Below are positions 43,933-44,915 of a stretch of DNA of 44,915 nucleotides, one piece after another. The notes beneath the pieces were generated by a model, which was not told the origin of the DNA, did no database searches, and saw only the letters and a program-made list of their open reading frames with translations. The stretch covers positions 1-44,915 of the forward strand of contig DATDPZ010000230.1 of NCBI GenBank assembly GCA_035292525.1, written 5' to 3'. Within the stretch, counting starts at the first letter, position 1, and every line of letters starts with the position of its first letter. The translations under genes were made by a program, and so were the position numbers. The DNA comes from Chitinophagaceae bacterium (lineage in GTDB: Bacteria; Bacteroidota; Bacteroidia; Chitinophagales; Chitinophagaceae).

Positions 43933-44915
43933 ATGATTTATAAAAAATACAAAGCTGATCAACTGTTTGACGGGTACAGGTTTCACGATCAAAACAACGT
44001 ACTGATCACAGATGAGAAGGATAAAATACTTGAAATTGTTTCAGCATCAGATGCGGGGGAAGATATTCAAACAAGGAAGGGAATTCTTTCACCAGGTTTG
44101 ATCAATTGTCATTGTCATCTTGAACTCAGTCATCTTAAAAATGTTATTCCTCCACATACCGGCCTGGTTGAATTTCTTTGTTCGGTAGTTACCAAAAGAG
44201 ATTTTGCCCCGGAGATTATTCAACAGGAAATTATTAATGCAGAAAAGGAAATGTATAATAATGGCATCATTGCTGTGGGTGATATTGGCAATACATCAGA
44301 CACTGCCGATGTAAAAAGTAATAGCAAGATCCACTGGCAGAATTTTGTAGAAGTACTCAGTTTTACTGATAACCATGCAGAAAAGAATCTTGAACATTAT
44401 AGTCTGGTAGCAAAAACGCTGGAGCTCAAACTTCAGTCATCCAACATCCCACACCGAACAACCCTGGTGCCACATGCTCCCTACAGCATCAGCCCAAAAA
44501 CTTTTAAACTGATTAACCAACTAACAAAAAATCAAATCATCTCCATCCACAACCAGGAACATCCTGCCGAAGACGAACTTTACAAAACCGGCGGAGGAGA
44601 TTATTTGAAACTGTTTAAAGTTTTTGGCATGAATGAATCTCCCTTTCCTGTTACGGGCAAATGCAGTATCCGGTCCATTCTTCCTTATTTCAATAACGGA
44701 CAAACCATTTTTCTTATTCATAATACATTTATGCCAGAGGAAGATGTAGAATTTGCAAAAGATTATGCAAAAGAAAAAGATTTGAACCTGATCTGGTGTC
44801 TCTGTATAAATGCTAATCTCTACATTGAAAATAAAGTACCGCCCATAGAGATGCTGATGAACCATTATTGTCCCCTTGTTTTAGGCACGGATAGTTACAG
44901 CAGCAACTGGCAGCT
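43933..44915 (+). CDS. Amidohydrolase family protein (metal-dependent deaminase/chlorohydrolase-like), 3-prime end outside the window
   Basis: I translated this frame by hand and it stays open from the ATG at 43933 to the window end. It reads [14 protein letters not shown]...[14 protein letters not shown] (HxH metal site), [13 protein letters not shown] and LGTDS. It is absent from the ORF track because no stop codon lies inside the window. Confidence 0.75.
   Translation, partial: MIYKKYKADQLFDGYRFHDQNNVLITDEKDKILEIVSASDAGEDIQTRKGILSPGLINCHCHLELSHLKNVIPPHTGLVEFLCSVVTKRDFAPEIIQQEIINAEKEMYNNGIIAVGDIGNTSDTADVKSNSKIHWQNFVEVLSFTDNHAEKNLEHYSLVAKTLELKLQSSNIPHRTTLVPHAPYSISPKTFKLINQLTKNQIISIHNQEHPAEDELYKTGGGDYLKLFKVFGMNESPFPVTGKCSIRSILPYFNNGQTIFLIHNTFMPEEDVEFAKDYAKEKDLNLIWCLCINANLYIENKVPPIEMLMNHYCPLVLGTDSYSSNWQ

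Noticed and set aside
1-44915. A scan for CRISPR arrays, tRNA/rRNA genes, transposases, integrases, and phage or defence-system genes.
   Set aside because: I saw no regularly spaced repeat arrays, no cloverleaf-like or rRNA-like segments, and no recombinase, nuclease-helicase or toxin-antitoxin-like ORFs. The only candidate selfish elements are the two small-gene cassettes reported above.

Overview
The window reads as a chromosomal segment from a Bacteroidota genome, probably Chitinophagia or Sphingobacteriia. Supporting signs are AT-rich DNA, several TTG-N19-TAnnTTTG promoters, CarboxypepD-type TonB-dependent receptors, and GxxExxY and four-helix-bundle small genes. I found no rRNA, tRNA, CRISPR array, transposase or integrase. 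Most genes are housekeeping: the mreBCD-mrdA-rodA rod-shape operon, galE, a transketolase C-terminal subunit, purD, kynA, serS, gcvH, prfA, a cyclophilin, a porin/PhoU-like/PiT phosphate cluster, two tandem POT peptide transporters, an AlkB-type hydroxylase and a DUF1800/DUF1501 pair. The most interesting region is about 35.1-42.3 kb. It holds an ECF sigma factor with an RskA-type anti-sigma factor, then VanZ, a TPR lipoprotein, a DUF4331 protein split into two secreted genes, and a divergent TonB-dependent receptor. A bipartite motif, AAATCY-N16/17-CGTWTATAA, occurs three times in this region: upstream of the sigma gene, and once on each strand between the DUF4331 operon and the receptor. I read this as an autoregulated ECF regulon driving an uncharacterised outer-membrane module, possibly for metal acquisition. 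Smaller observations include a decayed four-helix-bundle gene flanked by inverted repeats, direct repeats over a receptor promoter, a 15-bp AT palindrome in the phosphate-locus promoter region, an in-frame 3x14-bp coding repeat in kynA, a heptamer array, and a 457-bp gene-free region with a 13-bp palindrome and a strong terminator. All family assignments come from reading the translations. No database search was run.
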